From positions 60,510 to 124,509 of the forward strand of contig NW_005434598.1 of assembly GCF_000315625.1 (NCBI RefSeq): a DNA stretch of 64,000 nucleotides, in the 5' to 3' direction. The notes beneath the pieces are model-generated. The model was not told the DNA's origin, did not search any database, and saw only the letters and a program-made list of their open reading frames with translations. The DNA comes from Guillardia theta CCMP2712 (lineage: Eukaryota > Protista > Cryptophyta). Made by a program: the position numbers and the translations under genes. Shown here one piece after another: positions 11,504-22,000 of the stretch. Within the stretch, counting starts at the first letter, position 1. Each line of letters opens with the position of its first letter.

Positions 11504-12739
11504 TCCAACCCACGTTGCTCCGCCAACAATGTTCTCAAACTATATGTCTTGAAACAAGTTACGCACGCATCGGTCTGCTGATGCACTTAGGATCTGAGGA
11601 TCTCGCACCCATCCAAACACACACTCTTTCCCTGCTCAACTTCTCAAAGATTCAAATCATCTTCCGCTAACGAGTGCGCACGAATTCCTCGCAGAGATGC
11701 TGAGAATGAGGCGGCGGCGAACAATCTGGCCTAGATATCAAAGCACACCCATGGCTGCACCTGGCACCCGATCCGGCAACTCACGCCTGTTGGCAAGGTT
11801 CAGCGTTGAAGACATTGTCTGACAACCAGTTGATGACATCTACAACAAAAAGCAAAACATGCTACTTAAGACTTTATCGAGTGGGGATCCAATAAAAACA
11901 TGATAGAGATGATAGAGATGAAACTCAAGAGCTACATAACCAACAGAATCTCAAAAACTGCAACGAAACGGAGGAAAGCAAGCTAATTGCTGTTAAACGC
12001 CACCAGGCGATATTAGGAGAAATTCAGAAAAACTTGGGAGAAATATGAAAGAATAGACCAAGAAAGGCACAACTACCAGGAAGAGATGGAAACACTGCAG
12101 ATAATCTCCATTCAGGGACAAGAGATCAATGAGCGATAACACTCGAAATATCATGATGTCCTATCCTTCGAAACGAAATCGACCAGACCAAAGCACGTGG
12201 AGATGGTGGTGACTAGTGAGTGCAATGGACATGAGAATGTCGCAGAGGAATGAAGCCGTGCAACGATAGCAAGAGAAATGCGAATGGATGTACGACAATG
12301 AATTCGTGTCAAGTGACAGCAAAACATGCTGGGCTGTGTTCAAAGCGGGGGCACGAGATGGGAGTCCGCTGGAGATGTTGATCGATCTGGAGGCGATACA
12401 GAAGATCTCCTACTATGATCAGGAGCAAGTGCAGCAGGAGCAAGGGATGGAACGAAGAAGGGGAATCAGAATCGCGAGGAGGGAGGGCGAGGAGGGAGGG
12501 GGGGGGAGGGGGGAGGGGGGTGGGAGGGGAGGGGAGGGAGGGAGGGAGGNNNNNNNNNNNNNNNNNNNNNNNNNNNNNNNNNNNNNNNNNNNNNNNNNNN
12601 NNNNNNNNNNNNNNNNNNNNNNNNNNNNNNNNNNNNNNNNNNNNNNNNNCGGGTGCGGGGCAGGAGGGGGAGGAGGAGGAGATTGGGGGTGCGGGGTAGC
12701 GAGCAGCCGACAACGGGCAAGGGGGAGAGAAGTGACATG

Positions 12740-13525
12740 GCAGGGTGGGGTGCTGTTAAATTTTGTTTATGTGGGGTAGGGTGGTCACAATGTCGGCATA
12801 AGAAGGGTACGATCATCAGAATAATCGTGGTCAAATGTAGGTAGGGTACTGAGAAGGTAACAGGACATGGTAGGGTAGTACTGTAGCTTGGGTCCAACTG
12901 CGTGGTAGGGGTATGCGGGACAAGGCCAGTTCCGCTACACATTTACTAAATTCTTCAGAAACAATTTCAAATCAGACACGCAATTCAAAAAGCGAGATCA
13001 TAGGGTAGGGGTAGTCCAAACAAAGGATGAAATTGATATTTTGCGAAATGATGACACTTGACATTTTTTACTTGAGAAGGATATAGATAAATAAGAACCC
13101 TGAGCTATCTGAATCATCCCATTCATTTCTGCCATGGCAAGTAACATCATAGTTTCTGAGGGTACTTGAAATTTTTCAGCTAGTGGGTGTCATTGAAGAG
13201 ATGCGATTTGATACATTCACTACCGGTCATTTCATATATGAATATTGGGGTAGTCGAAGACCTCTGAACTCCCATATCTGTTTGGCTCGAGAAAACATCA
13301 GGCCGCAACCCAAGTTTGGAATCTTGCACTCTTTATTTTGAAATGTGCTTATTAATATCGGATATTTTACATACATTATTCAGACTTCAGCGAAATTGCG
13401 TTCCTGCATGGTGACCTGTCCCAACCAATCACTCACCCCATCAATAATCGAACACCCCTCCAATAACCCTGAGTACCCCCACATTTTCCTGATATTTTCT
13501 AGTCGAACCCACCCCTACAACCTTT
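12740..13525. promoter_or_regulatory. GGGTAGGG cluster, AT-rich spacer, then ACCC cluster, upstream of the peroxiredoxin gene
   Basis: G-form motifs at 12740-13020 and C-form motifs at 13430-13520. Confidence 0.35.
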
Positions 13526-13633
13526 GCAAGGGGCTGAAGTCGAGTCTGCCTCAGGACATAGTAGGTGAAAAGAAAAAGGCAGCGATGATGACTTACAGGA
13601 AACAGACGGTGCAGGAGCGCAAACACATCAGCA

Positions 13634-14302
13634 ATGGAAGGACAAGTGCTAGACGGGAGCATCGAGATTGCATGGCGGGAAGGAGGAGAAACGAAGAAGG
13701 AAACGATCTCCTCTCTGTTCAAGGGCAAGAGATCTGTACTCTTTGCTGTCCCTGGAGCTTTCACCCCTACGTGTAGGTAAGTGCGAGCATTCTCAAATGT
13801 CGTAATGTCTTCATCACATGCATGTTACAAGCAAGATGTTTGTGTTCAGCTTGAATTAGAGGCAGATTCTTGTGAGAGGCAATAAGATTCAATTAGTGTG
13901 CGTGATGTTTCCTTCCTGCTGGTTTTATGTTCACTTGGTTCAATTCCTGATCCTTCTTTACACAGCGAGAAACATCTCCCCGGTTTCATCGCCCAATCGG
14001 ATGAATTCAAGCAGTCGGGCGTGGATCTCATTGTTTGCTTGAGTGTGAATGACCCTTTTGTCATGGCTGCTTGGGCGGAGCAGCAAGGAGCAGGCGATAA
14101 AGTGAAGCTTGTTGCCGATGGGAATGGTACCTTCAGTAAGTCAGTGGGGCAACTTTCAGACAAGACGGCACACAACATGGGAATGAGATCCGAGAGATAT
14201 GCGATAGTCATCGATTCCGACCTCAAAGTTGAGTATTTCGCGAAGGGTGATGGCTCATTTGCTGGCCCTGTGCTGGAGTTTCTCCGATCATCCAAGAAGT
14301 AA
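13634..14302 (+). CDS. Type II peroxiredoxin (PRX5-like), 159 aa, 2 exons
   Basis: Exons 13634-13776 and 13966-14302 (intron GTAAGT...CACAG) give [27 protein letters not shown]...CLSVNDPFVMAAW...ADGNG...RSERYA, the PRX5/PrxII signature. Confidence 0.95.
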
Positions 14303-14576
14303 CGGAACAAACCTTGTACAAATACCATCTTGGGGTTGAAGACTTGCCATAAAAAACAAGGGTGGTGCATAACGGTGATCTGAATAAACTCGACATTTTT
14401 GAAATATTTTTATTTGTTTCCGAAATTTACTTACTTTATGATCACACTATTGCGTTGATCACGAAGAAAATTTTATTCCGAAGAGTTTTCCTGATTGATT
14501 ACATTATAACCATTCATATTGCTCAGAGAATCGTCTTATTTATCCTGAATGGTACAAGTGGATTTCATGGTTTCGT

Positions 14577-14951
14577 TCAGAAAGGTTGAGGTGAATCCAC
14601 ACTGTCACCTTGAATGTTGGCATCAGCAAAACTCAATGCGTTTCCTGCGCCCTGCATGGATGGGGTAGTGACGAACTTGTTGTACTGTCCCCGTGGGTGT
14701 GATCTATACACCTTTGTCTTGTTAAGCTTTTGCCCGGGAGAAATTGGGGAGAGCTTTGGAGTTCCAGCAGTTGGAGTGTCGATCATGACTTCAGGCACGT
14801 CGTTGAAGTCTTCGTCAATTTGGACCGTGACCAGCCCAATTCTTCCTTGGTACGGCGATCGTGAGCTTCCTGTGCTTGACTGTGAGCATTGGAGCCCTGT
14901 TGCATGAGCGTGCTGGTCTTGATGCTCGGGGATCGTATTGGTGATCGTCAT
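14577..14951 (-). CDS. Hypothetical small protein (124 aa)
   Basis: ATG-started single ORF, Ser/Thr/Pro-rich, convergent with the peroxiredoxin; no family recognised. Confidence 0.45.
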   Translation of the reverse strand: MTITNTIPEHQDQHAHATGLQCSQSSTGSSRSPYQGRIGLVTVQIDEDFNDVPEVMIDTPTAGTPKLSPISPGQKLNKTKVYRSHPRGQYNKFVTTPSMQGAGNALSFADANIQGDSVDSPQPF

Positions 14952-15199
14952 TATGGATGTTTGATGTTCCGAATTTCAGAAGTTCGTACGAATACACAAA
15001 AATCAAGAGGGACAGAGAAGGTAAAGGAGAAGTAACGGTGTCGACAGTTCGCAATAACAATGTAGCGCGAGACTATGAGAGTTGAAATCAGAGTGCAAGT
15101 GATGTCAAACGACAAAACCTGACAAGACGCGAACTCTATGGGGAGGGACGAGGGAAGCTATGGAGGAAAACAAACGCTAGACCGACTCTTTGCATCAGG

Positions 15200-15575
15200 C
15201 GTAGCGATGGGGGTAGGGTAGGGGCGAATCTGAGGGCTGAGTGAAGAGATGAGGTTGATATAGGGATACTTATCGATTGTACCTATAAGAAAAAGGGTCT
15301 ATGGTAGTACCATCTCCTTTGACTGAAGGAGTCGCCCAACATTTCGAGGGAGAGGGGGTAGGGGTGGGGCGATGGTAGTAAACGAAGATGACAGCGTTAT
15401 AAGTACCAGGGGTGGGTAAGAGCTGCTCGAGACGGGTAGTGGTTTGTACCTCTGGTGGTGGTGCAAAATGTGCTGATGGAGGGGTAGTCTAGAACTAAAA
15501 GAAGGGGTGGGGTACTTGGGAATTGCTGTCATCACTGGCCGGAAGATCACCGGGCGGTGCCGTGTCAGCCAGCTA
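15200..15575. promoter_or_regulatory. GGGTAGGG cluster with a small CCGG core, between divergent genes
   Basis: gggtagggtagggg at ~15210 and repeated ggggta/gggtgggg up to 15515, then ggccgg...ccgggcgg at 15535-15560. Confidence 0.35.
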
Positions 15576-15787
15576 GGGAACCATGCGCAGGTTATGTACC
15601 CTCTGATGCACCCTGCTATGTATCAGCCACACGGTACTTGTTGCGTTCAGGGATGCAGGGTGGGCGGTGGACGGGGTTGGGAATGTTCTCGAGAGAGGGA
15701 TAATGAGAGAGGAAAATGTTGAATAACTTACAGCGCGAAACAAGCCAGATGTAATGTTCAACATGGGGTGAAAGTGATTCCGACATC

Positions 15788-17786
15788 ATGAAGACGATTC
15801 CTTCAGGAATGCCTGCTTTGAATGACTTGAATGACTTTGAATGACTTCATTGATGATGTTAAGAAGGCGAGGGAACATGCAGTCAAGATGGGAACAACAG
15901 TAGCAAGTTGGCTGCGATCATAATACGTTAGAAACCCAGACGATCTCCACAAGTTGACAGAGCAAAAGCAGACATGGATCAACAGACACTAGTAACGTTT
16001 GAATCCTGATTGAGCGATGCAGGAAAGTGAGGAAATGAAATCAAGGAAGCTGAATTCAGCATTGTTCAAGATCCAGCGGGACTATCAATTGAGCCATGGT
16101 GCTATGTGTGAGGATAAGACCATTTCGGGGACATTAGAAGCAGAGAACATTTTCAAGAGCCGATTCCAACAAGATCTCGTGACATGTATGGCTCTTGCAA
16201 ATCAATTGCATCAGTGCTTTGTGGCTGTTCGAACGACTGCCAAGGACGTGGTAAAGTGCTCCAAAACAAAGCTAGATGCTCTTGTTGAATTAAAGCAATC
16301 ACAAGCAGGATTTGAATTGCAAAATCATCTCTACCAAGTGAATCAAACGCTAGAGCAAATGGACGAGAACTTGTTGTTGACGCTGAGGAAAGCGCACAAA
16401 GCTCTTCAAGACAACATCCAAAAGATTGTCGAGGAATTCAAGAAGAAGAATCAAGCTGCGTTCCTTCAAAAAATTGATCTCAAGCTTGCCAACTACTTTG
16501 ACAGGATCTCTCTGGTCCTTTTCCACAGACTGTCAGGCTCCCTGCAGGTCACGTGCCTCCGCCCTGACGACGAAGAGTACAAGCGCTGCTGTGCCGGAGT
16601 GATCGCAGCAGCGAATCGATCGTACTTTTCCGGCACTCAGTATGACCATTACCGCATTTCATGCGTCGTCAAGTTACGTCATGACAAACAAAAGCAGCAT
16701 TTCAACGCACGTAACCAAGAAGGGAAGGTGAAAGGACTTTTCTGCAGTCTGGAGCAGGACGCGGTTGTCCATACATTGTTCTTTGGTTCTTTCTGCCAGC
16801 GCCGGTGCATCTTCATTTAACCTGCAGAAGAAATTTGATCTCGGAGACCCAGCGGAGCACATGATGGATATGTATCTACAGCTTGCAGGCTCTGCTTTTA
16901 CGCCGACACTTCCCATGACCTTCTCTAGAATGAGCACACTGGTGCGGTGGGTCCGGGCTGATAATCAGATAGTAACGTGTGCAACAGAGTGGCGACAAGG
17001 CAAGTCTTGTCGAGGAGAACATCACGAAGTTCGATGACGATCCACTGCAAAGGGAAGGTTCGTGACAAATTTGTCCTGTCATCTTTCGATGAGCCTGCAC
17101 CCTAGGAATAGCTGACGGAGCACTGTCTACGTTTCTCAAGAAGCGTCAGATCAGATGTCTTGCGCTGTGTCGTGTAAATATTCTAGAAGATATAGGAAAG
17201 CAAAGGTCAATCGCTCTTGTTGCATCCGTTGTGTTGCATCCGTTCTTCAGTATGACGAATTACATCAGAGAGCTGATCAAGATCAATGCCGAGATCGAGA
17301 TTAACGACCCATCGAGGATTCTGCCAGAGTATCTCATCTTCTACACTTTGGAGAAGGAGGCCGCAAAATCTGCATCCTTACTTGATGAGCCAACACTGAA
17401 TCCGTCGGCCACAAAGGACAGAGTTGTCCTTGCTCCGGGAGGATTCGGAGAGCAAGACCTTTCTCGGTGACAACCTTCAGCATCTTCATCCTTCCTCCAC
17501 CTTGACCCTTGAAGCTCAGGCTCCTATCGCTCGCTCCCCCTTCGCCAATCCAACAAGACAACGTCGAGCAGGGTCAGCAAGGGGACGGCAGGAAGGATCT
17601 CAGCGGGGTCAGGAGAATGTTGGAGCTGCACAGGAAGTTGCATCGACGGCAATGAAGGACACAAGAGACATGTGCCGGGAGGTGCTGTCGTCTGTGAGTG
17701 AACGCATCTCGTCGATCTCGAATCATGCCGAGCAGAGCATTGCATCTATAAGTTGTCATGACAACCTTGGAGCCATACTCTCTTGA
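15788..17786 (+). CDS. Coiled-coil protein with a degenerate PARP/ADP-ribosyltransferase-like domain; multi-exon
   Basis: ORF 16017-16820 and later exons: LRPDDEEYKRC...ISCVVKLRH...KVKGLF, then CLALCRV and DPSRILPEYLIFY, resembling PARP-fold core strands. Start and splice points approximate. Confidence 0.5.
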
Positions 17787-17897
17787 CTTGTCTTGTTTGC
17801 TCTCGTGCAAGGCCCGAATCTTACAGCAAGGTGTATTCTACATGAATGATATGGAAACCAACCTCTGGTCCTTATCTTCTAGAAATCCCACATTCGT

Positions 17898-18233
17898 CTA
17901 GTCCTCCTCCTCCTCCTCCTCTTCATCGGCATAATCTTCTTCGTTTGCACCCCAAATATCTGCATTCCGTATCTTGTTGATCTGAACCTCTGCAGGGTGA
18001 TGAAGCATCAGTATTAGTTGAAAGAGCAGAGGAGATAGAAGCAAAAAGCACTTACTTATGACGTGAACGATCTTGTAGACCACAGGGACTGTGAACAAGA
18101 AACAAATTGCAACGAGAATGTACAGCATGCCAGTGGACATTTGCATTGCAACGAACAGCATCGCATCTACATCTTGAATTTCTGACAAGAACAATAGCAA
18201 GAACAAAGCTTTCTGTGGTCTACAGTATTCCAT
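17898..18233 (-). CDS. Small membrane protein with acidic C-terminus (probably 2 exons)
   Basis: MEYCRPQKALFLLLFLSEIQDVDA..., a hydrophobic helix GMLYILVAICFLFTVPVVYKIV, and an acidic tail EEDYADEEEEEEED. Confidence 0.5.
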   Translation of the reverse strand: MEYCRPQKALFLLLFLSEIQDVDAMLFVAMQMSTGMLYILVAICFLFTVPVVYKIVHVISKCFLLLSPLLFQLILMLHHPAEVQINKIRNADIWGANEEDYADEEEEEEED

Positions 18234-18330
18234 CTTTAGAAGACACTTTAGTATGCTTCGATGCAATCGTTTGATGTCTTCAATGTGTGTATGTCTTGAT
18301 GTCTTGATGTCTCGTTGTCTTTTCTTATGA

Positions 18331-18488
18331 GTCTTGATGTCTTGATGTCTTGATGTCTTGATGTCTTGATGTCTTGATGTCTTGATGTCTTGATGTCTTG
18401 ATGTCTTGATGTCTTGATGTCTTGATGTCTTGATGTCTTGATGTCTTGATGTCTTGATGTCTTGATGTCTTGATGTCTTGATGTCTTG
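18331..18488. repeat. Perfect 8-bp tandem repeat (GATGTCTT)n, about 20 units
   Basis: Directly visible; degenerate units extend to ~18290. Confidence 0.95.
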
Positions 18489-19080
18489 TCTCGTTCCCTC
18501 ACAACATGTCAAGCAGGCTCAGCGGCTTCATTTCCCATCCGGTTACACTATCACCCGACATCTCATCCTTCCCTGGCAGAGCAAATCTGATGTATCTTTC
18601 GAAACTGATCTGAGAATTTCAAATGTTAAAAAACATTTTCATGATAATCAAGTCAATTTGAGTGATTTCTTCCAATCTTGATTTCATAGGCCCATTTGTT
18701 GCTCTGGCCCGGAGCGTTCTGAGGCGGGGGGGGAGGGCAATCGAGGCGGGGGCCATGGGAGGGGACGGAACGAGGGGAAGGGGCGGAGGGAGGAGGAAGA
18801 GGGAGAGAGAGAGAGGGGAGGAAGGGGAGGGGAGGGGAGGGGGGCAAGTACTGCAGGTAGGGGAGGAGGGAACATGCCGGGAGCGAGGGAGGGAGCGAAG
18901 GAGCGAAGGAGCAAGGTTTTAGGGAGAGTTTAGGGTGGAGGTTTTAGAACGGGAGAGTGGGCGTGCTCAAGGGTGGGTAGAGGAATAGAAGAGAAGGGAA
19001 GACAGAAGGCGGAGGAGGGAGGACGTTGATATGTTGCTTGCAGAGAGGTCAAGTCATCGACCAGAGCACGGCCTTCGATC

Positions 19081-22000
19081 ATGCTTGGCGGCTCCATCAC
19101 CAGGAACTGTGTGTTGGCGCTAGGGCCCCGTAGACGCTTGCTGGTTCATAAGGCAAGGACGAGCTCGTTTGCGCTGCTCTCTGTCGGAGGAATCTTGTGC
19201 TGCTACTGCCCGTCTTTCATCTCAGCCTTCCTCGTTACTGCTCCACAGCCAAGACAACGTTACCATCCTCTCATAGGAACTACCGGCCGTCCTTTGATCT
19301 CTTACCCACCCAACGACATGCGAGCGCGTCTGCTGTCGAGAGCTGCTGAGGGAGGGAGAGCTGCAAGAGGGAGGGGAGGAGAAGGGGGATCAGGAGATAC
19401 AGCAGGGCAAGGAGCTTCCTCGTCAGACCTGTTGAGGATCTCAGATGATTTCGATGCCTTCGATGTTGAAGACATGGGGGTTGATGAGCTGAGGATGAAG
19501 TTGAAGGAAAGGAGCCTGTCGGTTGATGGAGATGTTGAAGTGCTCCGGGTACGTTTGGTTGCAGTTGTTGTTGATGATGGAGATGATGATGATGGAGACT
19601 TTGATGTAGGCGACGATGGTGGTGGTGGTGGTGGTGGTGGTGGTGATGAAAAGTTTGAGCAGGAAAGATTGTTACAGCATTTACTTCAGAAGCTGGAAGG
19701 TGAAGGTGAGGCGCTTGAGAAGATTGTGATGTAAGGCTCACAAGTTGCATGTAGAAGCGGAGCTTGACTCAGCATACGAGAAGATTTCAAACAAACAGAA
19801 ACAGCAAGGTCGAGAGCTGAAGTCGAAGACGACAAAATCTGTGAAGGAGGAGGATGAGGAGGAGGAAGGAGAGCAGGAGAAAGGAGGAGGACAAGGACGA
19901 GGACAGATAGATACATTGAGATGGCTCTATCTAGATGCAGAGTCAGTAGCTCTCCTGTCCATAGATCAAGTGAAAGATGCCCTGCAAGAGAGAGGAATGT
20001 CGGTAGACGGAACCGACAAGAAACTTCGAGCAGCCCTCCGTAGAGCCATCGAGGAGGACGAGGACGAGGACGAGGAGCAGGACGAGGAGGAGGAGGAGTT
20101 AAAACCAAGAGGGTCGTCGAAGGGGCAGGAGAATGATGAGAATGATATGATCACTGTTGAAGAGATTATGTCATTGAAGCAATCAGAGCTGAAGGAGGTT
20201 CTCAAGAGCTATGGGCTCCCATCAAGCGGCATCAAGTCTGTACTGCAGGTGCAATAGAGGAACACCCTCTCCTTCTTTCGCTTGTCAGCGTTCGCTTCTC
20301 ATCTTCCTCCCTCTCCCTTCTCTTCCCTCATCCTCCCCTCCCCCTCCCCCTTTCTCTCATCCTCCTGTTCCTTTCATCGATCCTTCTTTCCCTGTCTTCT
20401 TCCTCCTTCCCTTTCCTCCCCCACCCCCCTCCTTGTGCTCGTGTTAATCCAGCCTTGGGATCAGGGGAGGCTCATGGACTTCATAGAGAAGGAGCTCAAA
20501 GTCAAGCCGACCTCCAGCAAGTCTTCTGTTGACTCGGACGAGGTCCTAGGAGCATTTGACAACGCGCTCGATGAATGGTTTGGGCTTGGCACTGGCGCCA
20601 GGGGAGTTTTCCGCAAGAAGGCAAAGGAAGGCTTCTGCCCTGGCTGCGGCTGCAAACTTCAGTCAAGCTCGTCATCAGCTCCAGGCTATGTGCCGGAGAG
20701 CAAGGTGAGAAGAAAAGACTGCTCTTCCTCCTCCTCCTCCTCCTCCTCCTCCTCCTCGTCCTCCTCCTCCTCCAACACCACCATCCTTTCATTCGTCTTC
20801 TTTTCTTCTCCTCTCCTTCCTGCCTTTGCGGTTTCTTGCTCTTGGCTAGGAAATGATTGAAATGATGGAGATCATGATGATGTGTTTGTTTTGGATTGTG
20901 CTTGTGACGTTTTGCTTTTCAGACAGGACAAGAGAAAGTTGTATGTGTGCGGTGTTATAATTTGCAGCATTACGGAAAAGTCAATCCAGACCTTACAGCA
21001 CAGAACGCAAAATACACCGAGGTGAGGAGGAGTGTAGTTGGAGCATGGAGAATCGGGAGGAGCAGAAAAAGTTCAAGGAGAGGCGGAAGGGGAGGAGGAG
21101 GAGAAAGGGGGGATAGAGGGGAAGAGAAGAGGGGATCGCAGGAGGAGGCAAGACATTGAATAGACGGAAAACAGGTCTCCCCAGCCGCATTTCGGTCGAT
21201 CCTGGCTCCTCTCAAGAAACAGAGTTGTATCGTTTGCTATGTCGTTGATATCTTCGACTTTCACGGGACCTTCTTGCCGGACTTGAAGGAAATAGTGGGA
21301 AGGTACCTTCTCTTTCCTCCCTTCCTCTTCCCTTGATGTTTCCTTTCTCCGACATTATTTTATCATTCGCTTTCGAGGAGAAATTTGACAACATCTCATC
21401 TCTTCCTTTCCTTTGACTCTTCTGCTTTCTTTCGGTTTCATGTTTTTCTTCACTAACTTTGCTCCTTCTCCCTTGTCCCTCCCCTCCTCCCCCCTCGACT
21501 CTTCCCTCTTCCCACTCTCCTGCTCCTCCTCCTGCTCCTCCCCCTGCTCCCCCTGCTCCTCCTCCTGCTCCTCCTCTCTTTTTCAGGAATCCTGTCATCC
21601 TTGCGGTCAACAAGGCGGATCTTCTTCCCACTGACTTTCGCAGAGATCGAGTCAAGCAGTGGGTGAGGGAAGAGGCGAAAATCCTCGGCGACTACTTGGT
21701 GAGGATTTCATTTATGATCTTACTCATCTGCAAACATAGATAATGATCGTGACGATGATGATGATGATAGAGATGGTGGTGGAGGACATATATGTTTGAC
21801 AATGTAAAGAGAGAAGATGGTGATGTCATCTTCTCTGAGGTTTCTTTGAATTGCTCTAGTCGAGTTGATTGTTTGAGTTGATTATATGAACTCACAACTC
21901 TCGCAGATCGTAGATGTAGTTCTTATAAGCGCGGCATCTGGTTATGGTGTAAAGCTGCTGGAGCAGCAGCTGAGGTCGGTCTTCTCCTCTTGCAAACTTC

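Noticed and set aside
11700-12430. Coding-like A-rich segment upstream of the DRAM-like gene
   Set aside because: Stops in all frames and no recognisable family; possibly a decayed gene or element but unsupported.
18331-18488. 8-bp repeat (and the 21-bp repeat at 56883-56974) as a CRISPR array or a coding repeat (RHQDIKTS, MYVQEMF)
   Set aside because: Head-to-tail tandem units without spacers, no cas genes, eukaryotic context.
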